A DNA stretch of 64,000 bases, taken from an uncultured bacterium (GTDB taxonomy: Bacteria; Chloroflexota; UBA5177; JANWHV01). A program made the translations under genes and the position numbers. The notes below the pieces were generated by a model. That model had not been told where the DNA came from, searched no databases, and saw nothing but the letters and a program-made list of their open reading frames with translations. Below, in pieces: positions 50,790 to 60,270 of the stretch. The DNA is taken from contig CAVSOU010000010.1 of the NCBI GenBank assembly GCA_963729625.1, positions 1-64,000 on the forward strand, read 5' to 3'. Positions within the stretch are counted from its first letter, which is position 1. Each line of letters begins with the position of its first letter.

Positions 50790-51818
50790 ATGCGCGAACG
50801 TACTCGTTTGCCCGTCGCGGGCGCAGCCGCCCTTGTGGCGCTGGCTATTGCAATCGTAGCGGTGGCGTGGCACAGTCACACAACCCACACGGAAACAAGT
50901 CCAAGCCTGGCTGCAACGGTGAACAGCCTGCCGGTGACCCTGGCGGCCTTTCATCGCCAGTTGGATTTTGCCCGCGCGGCGTATGACGGGCCTGGATCAC
51001 CTGGTCCGTCGCCCACGGGACGCACAGTTGAGCAGCTGATCGTCGATCGCGCCATGCAGCAGGCCATCGGCGAAGTGCTCATCGACGACACGGCCCGGCG
51101 CGATCGAGTTTCCGTTTCGGATGCAGATGTTGCGGCCGAGGTCCGCCGTATGACGAGCCAGGCCGGCGGACCAGCCAGCTTGCAGGCTGAGATGAAGTCG
51201 GTACATATGTCCGCCGCGGAACTTGATTCGATCGCACGGCACACGGAGTTGCGCGACCGTCTCGCAGAAATGCTGCACGATCGTGCCTGGCTGGATGAGA
51301 TGTTTGCCAATGCGGAGATCCGGTACTTCGTCGACGATTTGTCCGAGTTCGGCGCCGCGCCCACCGTCGCATTGGGCCAGCGAGCGGCGCCGTTCGTCGC
51401 GGAGGACCTGCGTGGTCGCGCGGTCTCACTGGCTGATCTGCACGGCAAGGCAGTTGTGCTCAACTTCTGGACAACGTGGTCGGGTTACAGCCGATCGGAG
51501 CTTCCGTTACTGCTGCGATTCGCGCACGCGCATCCAGAATTCTATGTCGTCGCCTTGAACCATTCGGAAGACATCAACACGGTTCGAGTGTTTATTCACT
51601 CGCAACACCTCGATGGCCTGACCGTGTGGCTCGACAAAGGCGGGCAGGCGTACGCCAGTTATCAGATGAGCGGCATTCCGGCCACCTTCTTCATCGACAT
51701 GCACGGTATACTACGCAGCTACAACTATGGCGCCCTCGCGGATATGGCAACGCTCAGCGACCAGGCACGGCACGCGTTGCGCGGCCTGGACAATACATAC
51801 CTCAATCAGAGCCAGTAG
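50790..51818 (+). CDS. Membrane-anchored SurA-N-like domain fused to a TlpA/ResA-like thioredoxin fold lacking CxxC
   Basis: TM; ATVN...V..AAFHRQL, VSVSDADVAAEV (SurA/PrsA-like); VLNFWTTWSGYSRSELP; cis-Pro IPATFFID. Confidence 0.8.
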   Translation: MRERTRLPVAGAAALVALAIAIVAVAWHSHTTHTETSPSLAATVNSLPVTLAAFHRQLDFARAAYDGPGSPGPSPTGRTVEQLIVDRAMQQAIGEVLIDDTARRDRVSVSDADVAAEVRRMTSQAGGPASLQAEMKSVHMSAAELDSIARHTELRDRLAEMLHDRAWLDEMFANAEIRYFVDDLSEFGAAPTVALGQRAAPFVAEDLRGRAVSLADLHGKAVVLNFWTTWSGYSRSELPLLLRFAHAHPEFYVVALNHSEDINTVRVFIHSQHLDGLTVWLDKGGQAYASYQMSGIPATFFIDMHGILRSYNYGALADMATLSDQARHALRGLDNTYLNQSQ

Positions 51819-51823
51819 AGCTG

Positions 51824-52375
51824 ATGGCAACGGTATCGGCCTCGGTAAGAACACTCGTACGCAGGTTGATTGGCTGGTCGCCGATGGTTGTGGCCGCTCT
51901 GGCGGTCCTCATCGCCGCGACTCTTGTCCTGAAGCCGGCGAGTCATGCCACCGGCCTGGTGGGAAGAGCAGCGCCAGACTTCACGCTTCGAGACACGGCG
52001 GGTGCGTCCGTTCGCCTCAGTAGATTATCCGGACATCCAATACTGTTGAATTTTTGGGGAGTCACCTGCGAGCCATGCCGGCTCGAGGTGCCAGTGCTGC
52101 AGCTGGCTTATGAACGGCATCGCGGAACAGGACTACTCGTGATCGGCGTGGACGCCCAGCTCGACGACGCGCAAGCCGTCACATCATTTGCATCCGAACA
52201 CGGAGCCACGTACCCCATGCTGCTCAACCCCAGCCAGGCGCTGCTGCAGTCATACGACCTCTCAGCCCTACCGCGAAGCTTTCTGATAGATCGTTCCGGT
52301 GTGATCCGCGCGGACGAGCAAGCCCCGTTCGAGGATCCCGGCACGCTCGAGGTAGCGTTACGAGCGATTCTTTGA
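51824..52375 (+). CDS. TlpA/ResA-family disulfide reductase
   Basis: APDFTL, LNFWGVTCEPCRLEVP, LPRSFLID. Confidence 0.92.
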   Translation: MATVSASVRTLVRRLIGWSPMVVAALAVLIAATLVLKPASHATGLVGRAAPDFTLRDTAGASVRLSRLSGHPILLNFWGVTCEPCRLEVPVLQLAYERHRGTGLLVIGVDAQLDDAQAVTSFASEHGATYPMLLNPSQALLQSYDLSALPRSFLIDRSGVIRADEQAPFEDPGTLEVALRAIL

Positions 52376-52380
52376 CGACG

Positions 52381-53598
52381 CTACCGTTCACGGCGGAAGA
52401 ATCGCCGGATGGTCTCGACGCGCTCCAACGCCTGTCCGTGCAGCTTGCGGCGCATCGCCGGATCGAGCCATCCGAGCAACGGCCCTCCGAAACCACGATC
52501 GGTTCCTTCCGCAGCGCTGGACGGAGCGTGAAACGGCAACTCTGCCGTGGACGACTCGGCGCTTGGCGGGACGGGCGTCGAAACGGGCTGCGCTGAGGCG
52601 GCCGCCGCCATCGTCGCTGGAATGGGCGCCTCGGTCTCTGTCGCGGGCTGGGCATGCGCTCGAGTGGCTTCTGCTCTAGGCCCGTGGGCCACGGCCACTA
52701 TCAGCTCGCCGGAGTCCGGAGCAGGCTGGGTCTCAGCAGAGGCCCTGTCATTGGCGGCGGGAGCTCCCGTGGCGGCGATCGTGAATTCTGGACGACCGGC
52801 GCCATGAGGGCCCGGCGACACTGGCGCGACGTGTGATTGTTCGGCACAGCCCTCCGGCTTCGCCGGTCCCGTCTCGCTCAACTGTGCATCAGCAGGGCTA
52901 CCAGTCAGGTCGGACCCTGGCGCCACGACGCCGGAGGTCCGGGAGCCGGTCGCACCGGCAGCCTCAACGGGAGCGCCTGCAGCCGCTGCCGCGCTGCCCC
53001 TCTCGGCGTCATTCGCCGGTTGCATTCCGGGTTCCGGCGCCGCTGGATGTGCGGAATCTTGTCGTTCCGGCTCAGTAGCGGTAACGTTTCCATTCATGGG
53101 CACATGAGACGCGGATCGGGTGTGAGAGACGACGGCATCGCCCGAGGAAGGCGCCGGAGTCTCCGCAGACTCGACAAGCATGCGCCTCGACGTGCCCTCG
53201 ATTGTCGCTCCTTCAAGCAGTTTCAGGCGGTTGTCCCGATCGCTTACCTGCGCCTGCAAATAGCCGACCTGGCCGGATAGTCGAACACGATCTTCCTGCA
53301 GCCTCGCAATTTGCTCGTCCCTGTCTCGCAACATTTCGAGCAGCATGAGGAAGTTGGCATGGGCTGTCGACGATTCGCGTCCATCAAGCTCGGTCGCCGG
53401 CGGCTTTTCAATTCCCGCGACCTGAACAGTCGCGACCGGCTGACCTAGCGAGACCAGGTCCGCGCGAGACACCAGCCACCGCTTGCCGCGCCGGATAGCG
53501 GGCAGCTTGCCCGAGTGAGCGAGGGATCGCAGTTCCCGCTTGGATCGGCCGCTCTGCGAGGATGCCTGGCTCAGCGTAAGATGGTCGTCGATTGACAT
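52381..53598 (-). CDS. Excisionase/MerR-like HTH + coiled coil + low-complexity tail protein
   Basis: LTLSQAS...GKLPAIRRGKRWLV; heptad-rich middle; Ala/Pro-rich tail. Confidence 0.75.
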   Translation of the reverse strand: MSIDDHLTLSQASSQSGRSKRELRSLAHSGKLPAIRRGKRWLVSRADLVSLGQPVATVQVAGIEKPPATELDGRESSTAHANFLMLLEMLRDRDEQIARLQEDRVRLSGQVGYLQAQVSDRDNRLKLLEGATIEGTSRRMLVESAETPAPSSGDAVVSHTRSASHVPMNGNVTATEPERQDSAHPAAPEPGMQPANDAERGSAAAAAGAPVEAAGATGSRTSGVVAPGSDLTGSPADAQLSETGPAKPEGCAEQSHVAPVSPGPHGAGRPEFTIAATGAPAANDRASAETQPAPDSGELIVAVAHGPRAEATRAHAQPATETEAPIPATMAAAASAQPVSTPVPPSAESSTAELPFHAPSSAAEGTDRGFGGPLLGWLDPAMRRKLHGQALERVETIRRFFRRER

Positions 53599-53685
53599 GC
53601 GCCAAGTGTAGCGTCTAGAGCGAGCGAGCACAACCTGTGCGTGACGAACCTGCGCCACACGCGGCCGGCAGGCCGGAGATTGCCT

Positions 53686-54009
53686 CTAGCTCTGGCCTTG
53701 CGCCTGAGGTTTCGGCAGGTCCGGGAGGGGTTCGGAAAGCACGGGTACAGCCGCCGGACGCGGGGGGCCGAGCCGAAGGATGCGACGCAAGTCGTCCATG
53801 GTCACGCGCCCAAAGACGCTCCCGCCACCTTCGACGGCGACCACCGGGATTTCATAGCGATATCGTTCGAACAGATCGACATCGGTCATGATGTCAATTT
53901 GCTCAACCGCCAACGGGCACTCACGCGATAACTCTTCGAGAAATCCTTCAGCTAACTCGCAAAGGTGACATCCTGGTTTGGTGTAGAGACGGACAACGGG
54001 TATCGTCAT
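53686..54009 (-). CDS. Glutaredoxin-like protein (DUF836)
   Basis: LYTKPGCHLCE...YEIPVV. Confidence 0.9.
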   Translation of the reverse strand: MTIPVVRLYTKPGCHLCELAEGFLEELSRECPLAVEQIDIMTDVDLFERYRYEIPVVAVEGGGSVFGRVTMDDLRRILRLGPPRPAAVPVLSEPLPDLPKPQAQGQS

Positions 54010-54015
54010 GGGGCT

Positions 54016-54366
54016 TTACCAATAGCGAATATAAAGAAAGGCGACAAGCAGAAGTCCTGCAATCTGCACGAAACCGGTTGGCAGCCCTCCCAGGCTGACC
54101 GTTGAGTACGTTAGCACCGTCCACAGCGCGGCCACCACGACGACGAAGCTCACACCCCGGGTTGCGTTCACTCCGCCCGTGGATGCGCGCCTGAAGCCAT
54201 ACGGATCGTAGGATGCCATCCCGCGAGCCGCCGGTCGCACGCCCCTCGGTCGCTGCCTGGGCTGTCGCAATTCGCGCCACCAGCGCCGAACGGCTAGATA
54301 TCGGCGCGTAATGAAGCGATATCGCCAGTAGAGGGAGTTCTCCTGAAGTTTCTTGAATAGGCCCAT
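54016..54366 (-). CDS. Hypothetical membrane protein
   Basis: Basic N-terminus and two C-terminal TM helices; 6 bp upstream of the DUF836 gene. Confidence 0.6.
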   Translation of the reverse strand: MGLFKKLQENSLYWRYRFITRRYLAVRRWWRELRQPRQRPRGVRPAARGMASYDPYGFRRASTGGVNATRGVSFVVVVAALWTVLTYSTVSLGGLPTGFVQIAGLLLVAFLYIRYW

Positions 54367-54553
54367 TGGGACCTGCCTTCACCTTGTGGGCGCAAGGTAC
54401 GATATCCACCCTGCACGGTATTTCGATCGTAAGTATAGGCCCGTGCGGAAATTCAGTCCATTGCAGGATGATCTGAGGATTTCGGCGGGCGACATGGCGA
54501 AGTGATCGGCAAAGATGAAGGAAGCTGCGCGCGTCGACCCCGGAGCGAACTCC

Positions 54554-54805
54554 CTAGGGCAAACCAAAAGCGAGTAAGGCGACACCAATGCTCAGCAGAC
54601 CCAATGGAGGCAGAATACTATTCGTATTCCTTTGGCCACCGATGGTTTCGACCTGGCCATCGAAGGTCACCGAAGTGGTCAGCAACACGTAGACAGCGAT
54701 CAACACGAGGGCCGCACCAAGCAGCGCCGAAAGGCGACGCAATCGCCGCATCCGGCGCGCGCGACGCATCTGTTTCTCGTCATATGCGCGCATATGTGGC
54801 CTCAA
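54554..54805 (-). CDS. Small hypothetical 2-TM protein
   Basis: Arg-rich start followed by two hydrophobic helices. Confidence 0.5.
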   Translation of the reverse strand: MRPHMRAYDEKQMRRARRMRRLRRLSALLGAALVLIAVYVLLTTSVTFDGQVETIGGQRNTNSILPPLGLLSIGVALLAFGLP

Positions 54806-54881
54806 TTGACATTGCTACGTCCGCTGTCGAACGGCGCGTCGTGAACCCGAATGCTATCGCTACGGGCACCAAACGATTGAC

Positions 54882-54921
54882 TTAACCTATATTGACAAAT
54901 ATCCGACTAGCGCAGTAAAGT
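54882..54921 (+). promoter_or_regulatory. Promoter of the DtxR-family gene with a DtxR-like half-site
   Basis: TTGACA at 54892 followed by TAAAGT; TTAACCTAT just upstream resembles the CTAACCTAA half-site. Confidence 0.45.
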
Positions 54922-54970
54922 TATCGCAGGCGGCCAGGACCGGCCGCGAAGCTCGGCGGGTTGGAGTCGT

Positions 54971-55711
54971 TTGGATTCTATCACTAGCACGGTTATATCC
55001 GACTACCTTCAGACAATTTACAACACCGCGATGGAGGGCGACCCAGTTATCGCGGCCGGACTGGCGCGTAAGTTCCGCGTGTCCGCCCCAAACGTGGCCG
55101 CGATTCTGCGTCGCATGGAGCAGGGCGGCCTGGTGCAGCGCGACAGCCGGAAGGCCATCGCCCTGACCGATGCCGGCAAAGCACGTGCCGAGGTCGTGCT
55201 GCGCAAGCATCGCCTAGCCGAGCGAATGCTGATCGAGCTACTTGACCTGGACTGGATCGCGGCCCACCAGCAGGCGCACCACCTCGAGCACGCGTTCACT
55301 CCCATGGTCGAAATGCGGATTGACGAGGTGCTCAATCATCCCGCAACATGCCCCCACGGCAACCCTATCCCGGGCGGCGTGCGAGACGCATCACAGTATC
55401 TTCGCGACGTGGGGGCGCTGCGCCTGAGCGACGCGCCAGCAAGAGACTGGCTCGAAGTCATCTGCATTTCTGAAGTGGTCGAAGACGAGACCGCAGTATT
55501 GCGTTACGTTGGCGACAAGGGCTTGCGACCTGGAACACCGCTTACGGTTTGTGAGCGCGAGCCTGGAGGCGCGATCAGCGTCGACGTGCGCGGTCGCACC
55601 GTGGTGCTCGGGCTCGATCTCGCATCGAAGATCTGGGTCCGACACCTGGCTGGTGCGACTGCTAAGGACGCGAGACCGGATGATACCGGCACACCAGGCA
55701 GACTCGCGTAG
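54971..55711 (+). CDS. DtxR/IdeR/MntR-family metal-dependent regulator with FeoA/SH3 domain
   Basis: DYLQTIY, RKHRLAERML, HLEH, PATCPHGNPIP. Confidence 0.95.
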   Translation: MDSITSTVISDYLQTIYNTAMEGDPVIAAGLARKFRVSAPNVAAILRRMEQGGLVQRDSRKAIALTDAGKARAEVVLRKHRLAERMLIELLDLDWIAAHQQAHHLEHAFTPMVEMRIDEVLNHPATCPHGNPIPGGVRDASQYLRDVGALRLSDAPARDWLEVICISEVVEDETAVLRYVGDKGLRPGTPLTVCEREPGGAISVDVRGRTVVLGLDLASKIWVRHLAGATAKDARPDDTGTPGRLA

Positions 55712-55712
55712 A

Positions 55713-55905
55713 TGGCAAAACCTTCATCCAGGCGTCGTGCCGGGCGACGGAGGACCAGTGTGGAACACGAGCAGTCTCCTCGATGACGGCAGCGGCTTCG
55801 GGGATGTCCTGCACAGAGTGTTGGGCTATTCGTCTTCACCATCCCTGCTCCAGCTTCTGGCATGGGCGGCCTTCCTGGCGGTGGGTCTCGCAGCATTCCT
55901 AGAAT
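55713..55905 (+). pseudogene. C-terminal remnant of an FTR1/EfeU iron permease
   Basis: PVWNTSSLLDDGSGFGDVLHRVLGYSSSPSLLQLLAWAAFL matches the FTR1 C-terminus; no start codon or N-terminal REGxE helices. Confidence 0.65.
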
Positions 55906-56061
55906 CGACCGGATCCGCGTTCGTACGCGTGAAGGCAACCCTGGACAAGCCTTCAGGCTTGTCGCGAGCGCAGTTTCCGGTCACCAGGTTCTCAGGTAAG
56001 CTGACCAGTAGGGCATGTTGGCGCAGAGGCTTGTCAACCCGAGCTAGAGGTGTGTAGAGGC

Positions 56062-56799
56062 GTGGGATATCCGCTCGTCGTCTTTGCCGTTAGCACCGTG
56101 TTCTGCGCAACGGTGTTGCAGCAGTACGTGCACCGTCGCAGGAGTTACCAGCTCGCGTGGAGCCTGGCACTCGGCTCGGCTTCCGCCGGCTCTCTCGCTT
56201 ACGTAGTCTTTCTCCTGGCCGGCAGACCTGCACTGGCGTTTCGGCTGTACTACATCTTCGGGGCCCTTCTGACCGCTCCTCTGTTGGGCATTGGCAGTCT
56301 CCTTCTCGCCTCGCGGACGCCCGAGGCCCGCAGGCGCGTGCGACGGATCATCAGCCTGGTGGGCCTCGGCTGCATGGCGGGCGCAGCTCTCCTGCTCGTC
56401 AATCCAATACACGCCGAACTCTTGCGACAGCTTGATGGCGGCCCTGGCACCAACCCGGACGTCTACGCGGAAGGGGCGTGGAAGCCGGTGCTCATCGTGC
56501 TGAACATCGTCGGCGCGGTAGGCGTGTTTGGCGTCGCCCTGCACTCGGGCTGGCAGCTCTATCGGCGATCCGGTACGCGGCGGCTGGTGGTAGCGAACGG
56601 GCTCATTGCGTTCGGGACCTATGTGATTTCTCAGGCCGGTGGGCAAGCCCGCACGGGCTTCGGCGCAGGCGCCTTCTGGCTCACAATGGCCGTGGGCTGG
56701 CTCGTGCTGTTCGGCGGCTTTCTGTGCACGTTCAGCCTGCGCAGCGAGAGCTCAAGTGCACGGCAGACTATCAGCCGTCGTGATGCGGCGACTGCTTAG
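56062..56799 (+). CDS. Hypothetical 7-TM membrane protein
   Basis: Seven hydrophobic segments; RRRSYQLAWS, FRLYYIFGA. Confidence 0.75.
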   Translation: MGYPLVVFAVSTVFCATVLQQYVHRRRSYQLAWSLALGSASAGSLAYVVFLLAGRPALAFRLYYIFGALLTAPLLGIGSLLLASRTPEARRRVRRIISLVGLGCMAGAALLLVNPIHAELLRQLDGGPGTNPDVYAEGAWKPVLIVLNIVGAVGVFGVALHSGWQLYRRSGTRRLVVANGLIAFGTYVISQAGGQARTGFGAGAFWLTMAVGWLVLFGGFLCTFSLRSESSSARQTISRRDAATA

Positions 56800-57682
56800 C
56801 TTGTTGCATATCCGGACGACGTTCATGTTGACGGCGACATTCGAAGAGGACTACAGCTGCCGCGACCGCAAGGTTGAGTGAGCCACCGTGCGCCATCGGT
56901 ATGCTTACCGACATATCACAGTCCGCTATGATGCTACGCGGCAGCCCTTCGCCTTCGTTGCCGAAGACCAGGACGCACCGGCTTGGAAGGCGCGCCGACC
57001 AAATGTCGATCTCTGCCCTGGAAGATGTGGCGACAACCCTGAGGTCGTGCGCGCGACACCACGCGAGCAGCGTGGCCCACGAGTCCGCTCTGGCGAAGGG
57101 CACTGAGAACAGAGTACCCATGCTTGCCTTGACAGATGCAGGGCTATAGATGTCGGTCCCCCCCATGACAATCGCTCCATCACAGCCGGTCGCGTCGATT
57201 GTGCGAAATGACGTGCCAAGGTTTCCAGGATTACCCGGCGAGTAGAACGCCGCGAAAACAGCGGCTTCGGGGACCGCCAGACCAGGTAGTCCGGTGTCGA
57301 ACTGGGAAACGATGGCGGCGAGCCCAGATGGGCGATCGCGCTCGGCCAGATCCTCAAACAGCGCGCCGGATAGTGAGAGCACGCGAGCGCCTCGCCGGAT
57401 CTGGCGAACGACCATTTCTCTCGCGCCCTCGCTAGATAACAGGTCGGGCGCAACGATCAACGTGTCAATGGGGGCTCGGAAGTCGACGGCGCGCCATACA
57501 GGGAGAATGCCCTCGACAAAGAACGATCGCTGCCGGTCTCTCTCGGCGCGCACCCGCAGAGAGCGTACGCGTCTCACCAGGGGATTCGTCCTGCTCTTTA
57601 CAGCATCGCGGACAAGCTGCTTCCAGGCATCCTCGACTTCAGCTGCGGTCGCAGCATCACCGATCTGTCCCTTTGGAACCAT
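56771..57682 (-). CDS. TrmH/SpoU-family RNA methyltransferase
   Basis: FFVEG, NPGNLGT..RT, KASMG, FGNEGEGL, IPM...SLNLAVAA. Confidence 0.93.
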   Translation of the reverse strand: MVPKGQIGDAATAAEVEDAWKQLVRDAVKSRTNPLVRRVRSLRVRAERDRQRSFFVEGILPVWRAVDFRAPIDTLIVAPDLLSSEGAREMVVRQIRRGARVLSLSGALFEDLAERDRPSGLAAIVSQFDTGLPGLAVPEAAVFAAFYSPGNPGNLGTSFRTIDATGCDGAIVMGGTDIYSPASVKASMGTLFSVPFARADSWATLLAWCRAHDLRVVATSSRAEIDIWSARLPSRCVLVFGNEGEGLPRSIIADCDMSVSIPMAHGGSLNLAVAAAVVLFECRRQHERRPDMQQAKQSPHHDG

Positions 57683-58004
57683 GTGGATAGTTGCCTCGGC
57701 TTGCCGTCAACCGAACTGTTGCGGATTTGACCGTGGGCGGTCTCCACTCATGATAGCCTGTCGGACCTACAGCCATCCGCTGGACGAACAAGGATCACCT
57801 GGATTGGCCGCTGCTGCCGGGCCAACTGATACCTGGCATACCGATCCTCACCTGCAGGTCCAACCGAAGACAGGCGCGTTCAGACGTTCGTCGAGTAGCT
57901 GACGCCTCTCATTAGGGACGTGACGGAGAGACACAGGTACTGTCACGCCTGGCGACCTGAATTGGATGAGTTGGCCGTTCGGTACAAAAAAACGGCTCGA
58001 GCAC

Positions 58005-58033
58005 TTGCGTTTTCGGCCATTGAGGCGTATATT
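58005..58033 (+). promoter_or_regulatory. Sigma70-like promoter
   Basis: TTGCGT-N17-TATATT, ~230 bp upstream of the zinc-finger ORF. Confidence 0.45.
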
Positions 58034-58267
58034 CTGTCGGTGTGGGACGCTGTATCCTCGCCGGTATCGCCGTCACCTCCGAGGACGCAGTTGGACTCTC
58101 AAGTCATGTAGAGCAACTCGCCACTCCACCCGCTCCTGGTTACTACCGGGTCGGATGACCGCAGACTTTCACAGAGGGCTTACACAAGTGACGGAAGTTG
58201 CGAAACCCACAAGCGCTGAGACGTCAGGTGGTGCAACGCAATGAAAGACCGTGGTGGAGGTCGCGGA

Positions 58268-58507
58268 ATGGCGGCTCGGCACCAGGACCCAATTCACTGC
58301 CGCCATTGCCATCGCGAACTTGGGCCCAACGTGCCGCACGCATGTGGCCATTGTGGCGCGAACGTCTGTGGCGCGTGTGGTGGGCTGCGAGACAACCCGT
58401 CCGGTAACGGGTACCTCTGTGCGCGCTGCCACGAGGCTGCGGTGGAATGGCGCGCTCGGTGGCACTTGCGCTCGGATGCACGGACCCTCGGCCCGCTTAA
58501 CGTATGA
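58268..58507 (+). CDS. Small 8-Cys zinc-finger protein (FYVE-like spacing)
   Basis: GGAGG RBS; C-x2-C-x11-C-x2-C-x4-C-x2-C-x13-C-x2-C. Confidence 0.65.
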   Translation: MAARHQDPIHCRHCHRELGPNVPHACGHCGANVCGACGGLRDNPSGNGYLCARCHEAAVEWRARWHLRSDARTLGPLNV

Positions 58508-58588
58508 TTCGCGGAGAGCGCGAGAGTCTCTTGCCAATGCATGCGACGCCAAGCTCGAGCGGGGTAATGCCTATGTCGGAAGGTTAAC

Positions 58589-59047
58589 GTGGAACTGTAT
58601 CTGCTTCGCCACGCCGAGGCGGGAGACGCATCGCGTGATGAGGACCGCGCGTTGACAGATCACGGTCGGCTTCAGGCAAGCGCCGCGGCAGGTGGCATCT
58701 CCTCGTTGCGCCTCACGCTAGAAACGCTTGTCAGCAGCCCGGCCATTCGCGCAGTGCAGACAGCTGAGCCTGTAGCCGCGGCGCTTGGGCTCCCGCTTGA
58801 GACGGCCGACGCACTGTCAGTCGGGCGAAGCCCGGCCGAGGCTTTGGAACTGCTCGCCATGTACAGAGGCCCCATGCTGATGTTCGGCCACGAACCGCAG
58901 CTCTCGGGTGTGTTAATGGCCGTGACCGGCGGTCGTGTGCGCATGCGAAAAGCCATGTTGGCGCGCATCGACCTGGAGTCGCTGGACCCCGCGCTAGGCA
59001 GGATCGCGTGGATCCTTTCCTGGCAGCATCTCAAGGGGATCTCCTAA
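58589..59047 (+). CDS. sixA: SixA-type phosphohistidine phosphatase
   Basis: LYLLRHAEA, RALTDHG, SSPAIRAVQTA, GHEPQLS. Confidence 0.88.
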   Translation: MELYLLRHAEAGDASRDEDRALTDHGRLQASAAAGGISSLRLTLETLVSSPAIRAVQTAEPVAAALGLPLETADALSVGRSPAEALELLAMYRGPMLMFGHEPQLSGVLMAVTGGRVRMRKAMLARIDLESLDPALGRIAWILSWQHLKGIS

Positions 59048-59207
59048 CTCGCAGTGCACCCAGGCGCTCGTATCGTGCCACTCGCTTGAGAATCGCGCGA
59101 AGGGGCTGTTCTTCGCCGGCCTTTATCCCCTACGAGCGTGTCGATCCCAGACTACTTGACGTAGGCTAGATGCGGGTTACGAGCGAAGGGAAAGTATCCA
59201 CAAAACG

Positions 59208-59570
59208 ATGGGACATCCAAAGCGAGTCTTGGTTGTCGACGACGACACGATGGTTCGAGAGTTTATGCGGGATGCGCTTTCGGTGCAGGGCTACGCGGTT
59301 GAAGAGGCGGAGGACGGACTCGATGCCCTGGAGCAGGTGCAGGAATCCGAGTTCGACGCTATTCTGCTCGACATGCAAATGCCCAAGATGGATGGCTGGG
59401 CGTTTCTCAGAAGCTTCGAGATGCTCGAGGACCAGCGTGCGCAGATCGTGGTGTGCTCGGCCTTGGTAGACCTCGATCCACGTGTGAGCCAGGTGTCAGC
59501 GGCTGGATTTCTTTCGAAGCCGTTCGCGCTTAGCGATCTCTACGAGTGCATGCAGCGGTGTATGGGCTAG
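59208..59570 (+). CDS. Single-domain (CheY-like) response regulator
   Basis: LVVDDD, LLDMQMPKMDG, LSKPF. Confidence 0.93.
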   Translation: MGHPKRVLVVDDDTMVREFMRDALSVQGYAVEEAEDGLDALEQVQESEFDAILLDMQMPKMDGWAFLRSFEMLEDQRAQIVVCSALVDLDPRVSQVSAAGFLSKPFALSDLYECMQRCMG

Positions 59571-59675
59571 GACTGCAATGTCCTTGTTGAGACAGATCCT
59601 CTGTGACTTCACGAATCAGCCGGCAGACACGCGTACCGGCTCACAGCCGGCGCCCGTCGGCTCCGCTCAAGATCC

Positions 59676-59936
59676 TCAATTGGTCGCGCGTCGTTGACCA
59701 GGCGATGTGAGGATTTGAGAAAGCACCTGGTCAGTCTCCAACGCTTGCGTGCCGGCGAGCGTGATGGGCTGGATACCTTCGCAGTAGACTTCCAGTATTT
59801 GAGACTGCGTCATGAACTTCCATCCGACAACCTTGTCAATGTCAAATACAAGCTTTTGCAGCGGTGTGTGAATTGCATGCATGTTCATGATGCGTGCGCC
59901 CTCCATGATGTTGTCGCGGTTCATGTCGCGTAGCAT
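59676..59936 (-). CDS. Small hypothetical protein
   Basis: Protein-like composition; GGAGG precedes an internal ATG, so the start is uncertain. Confidence 0.5.
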   Translation of the reverse strand: MLRDMNRDNIMEGARIMNMHAIHTPLQKLVFDIDKVVGWKFMTQSQILEVYCEGIQPITLAGTQALETDQVLSQILTSPGQRRATN

Positions 59937-60270
59937 AGCACGAGTCGGTCAGGATTTGTTCGAAGATCGGGTATTGTAGGCTGCTGCGCTACATGCGGAA
60001 AACGCTGCCTCAGCGCCGGCGCGCGCGCCCAGGGAAGCCGCCGCTGTTCGGGCGAGGCTCAAGAATATTGCCGCTGACTTTCGTGACAGAGGCTGCGTTG
60101 ATGCCCAAGGTCAGCTGTCAGCGGGCAGCCTGAATGGCGAGGGGCCAAAGGGGGGCCCCTATTGTGATAATCTTTCGTATCGGCGTACTATGAATGTGGG
60201 TAAACGGCTTGGCCAAGCGGCCCAGCCGACTACCGTTGCCGAAGGCCGAGCACTGGAGGGCATTCGGTCT

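Noticed and set aside
51478-51492. Selenocysteine recoding at the missing CxxC of the SurA-TlpA fusion
   Set aside because: The codons are TCG and AGC (Ser), not TGA.
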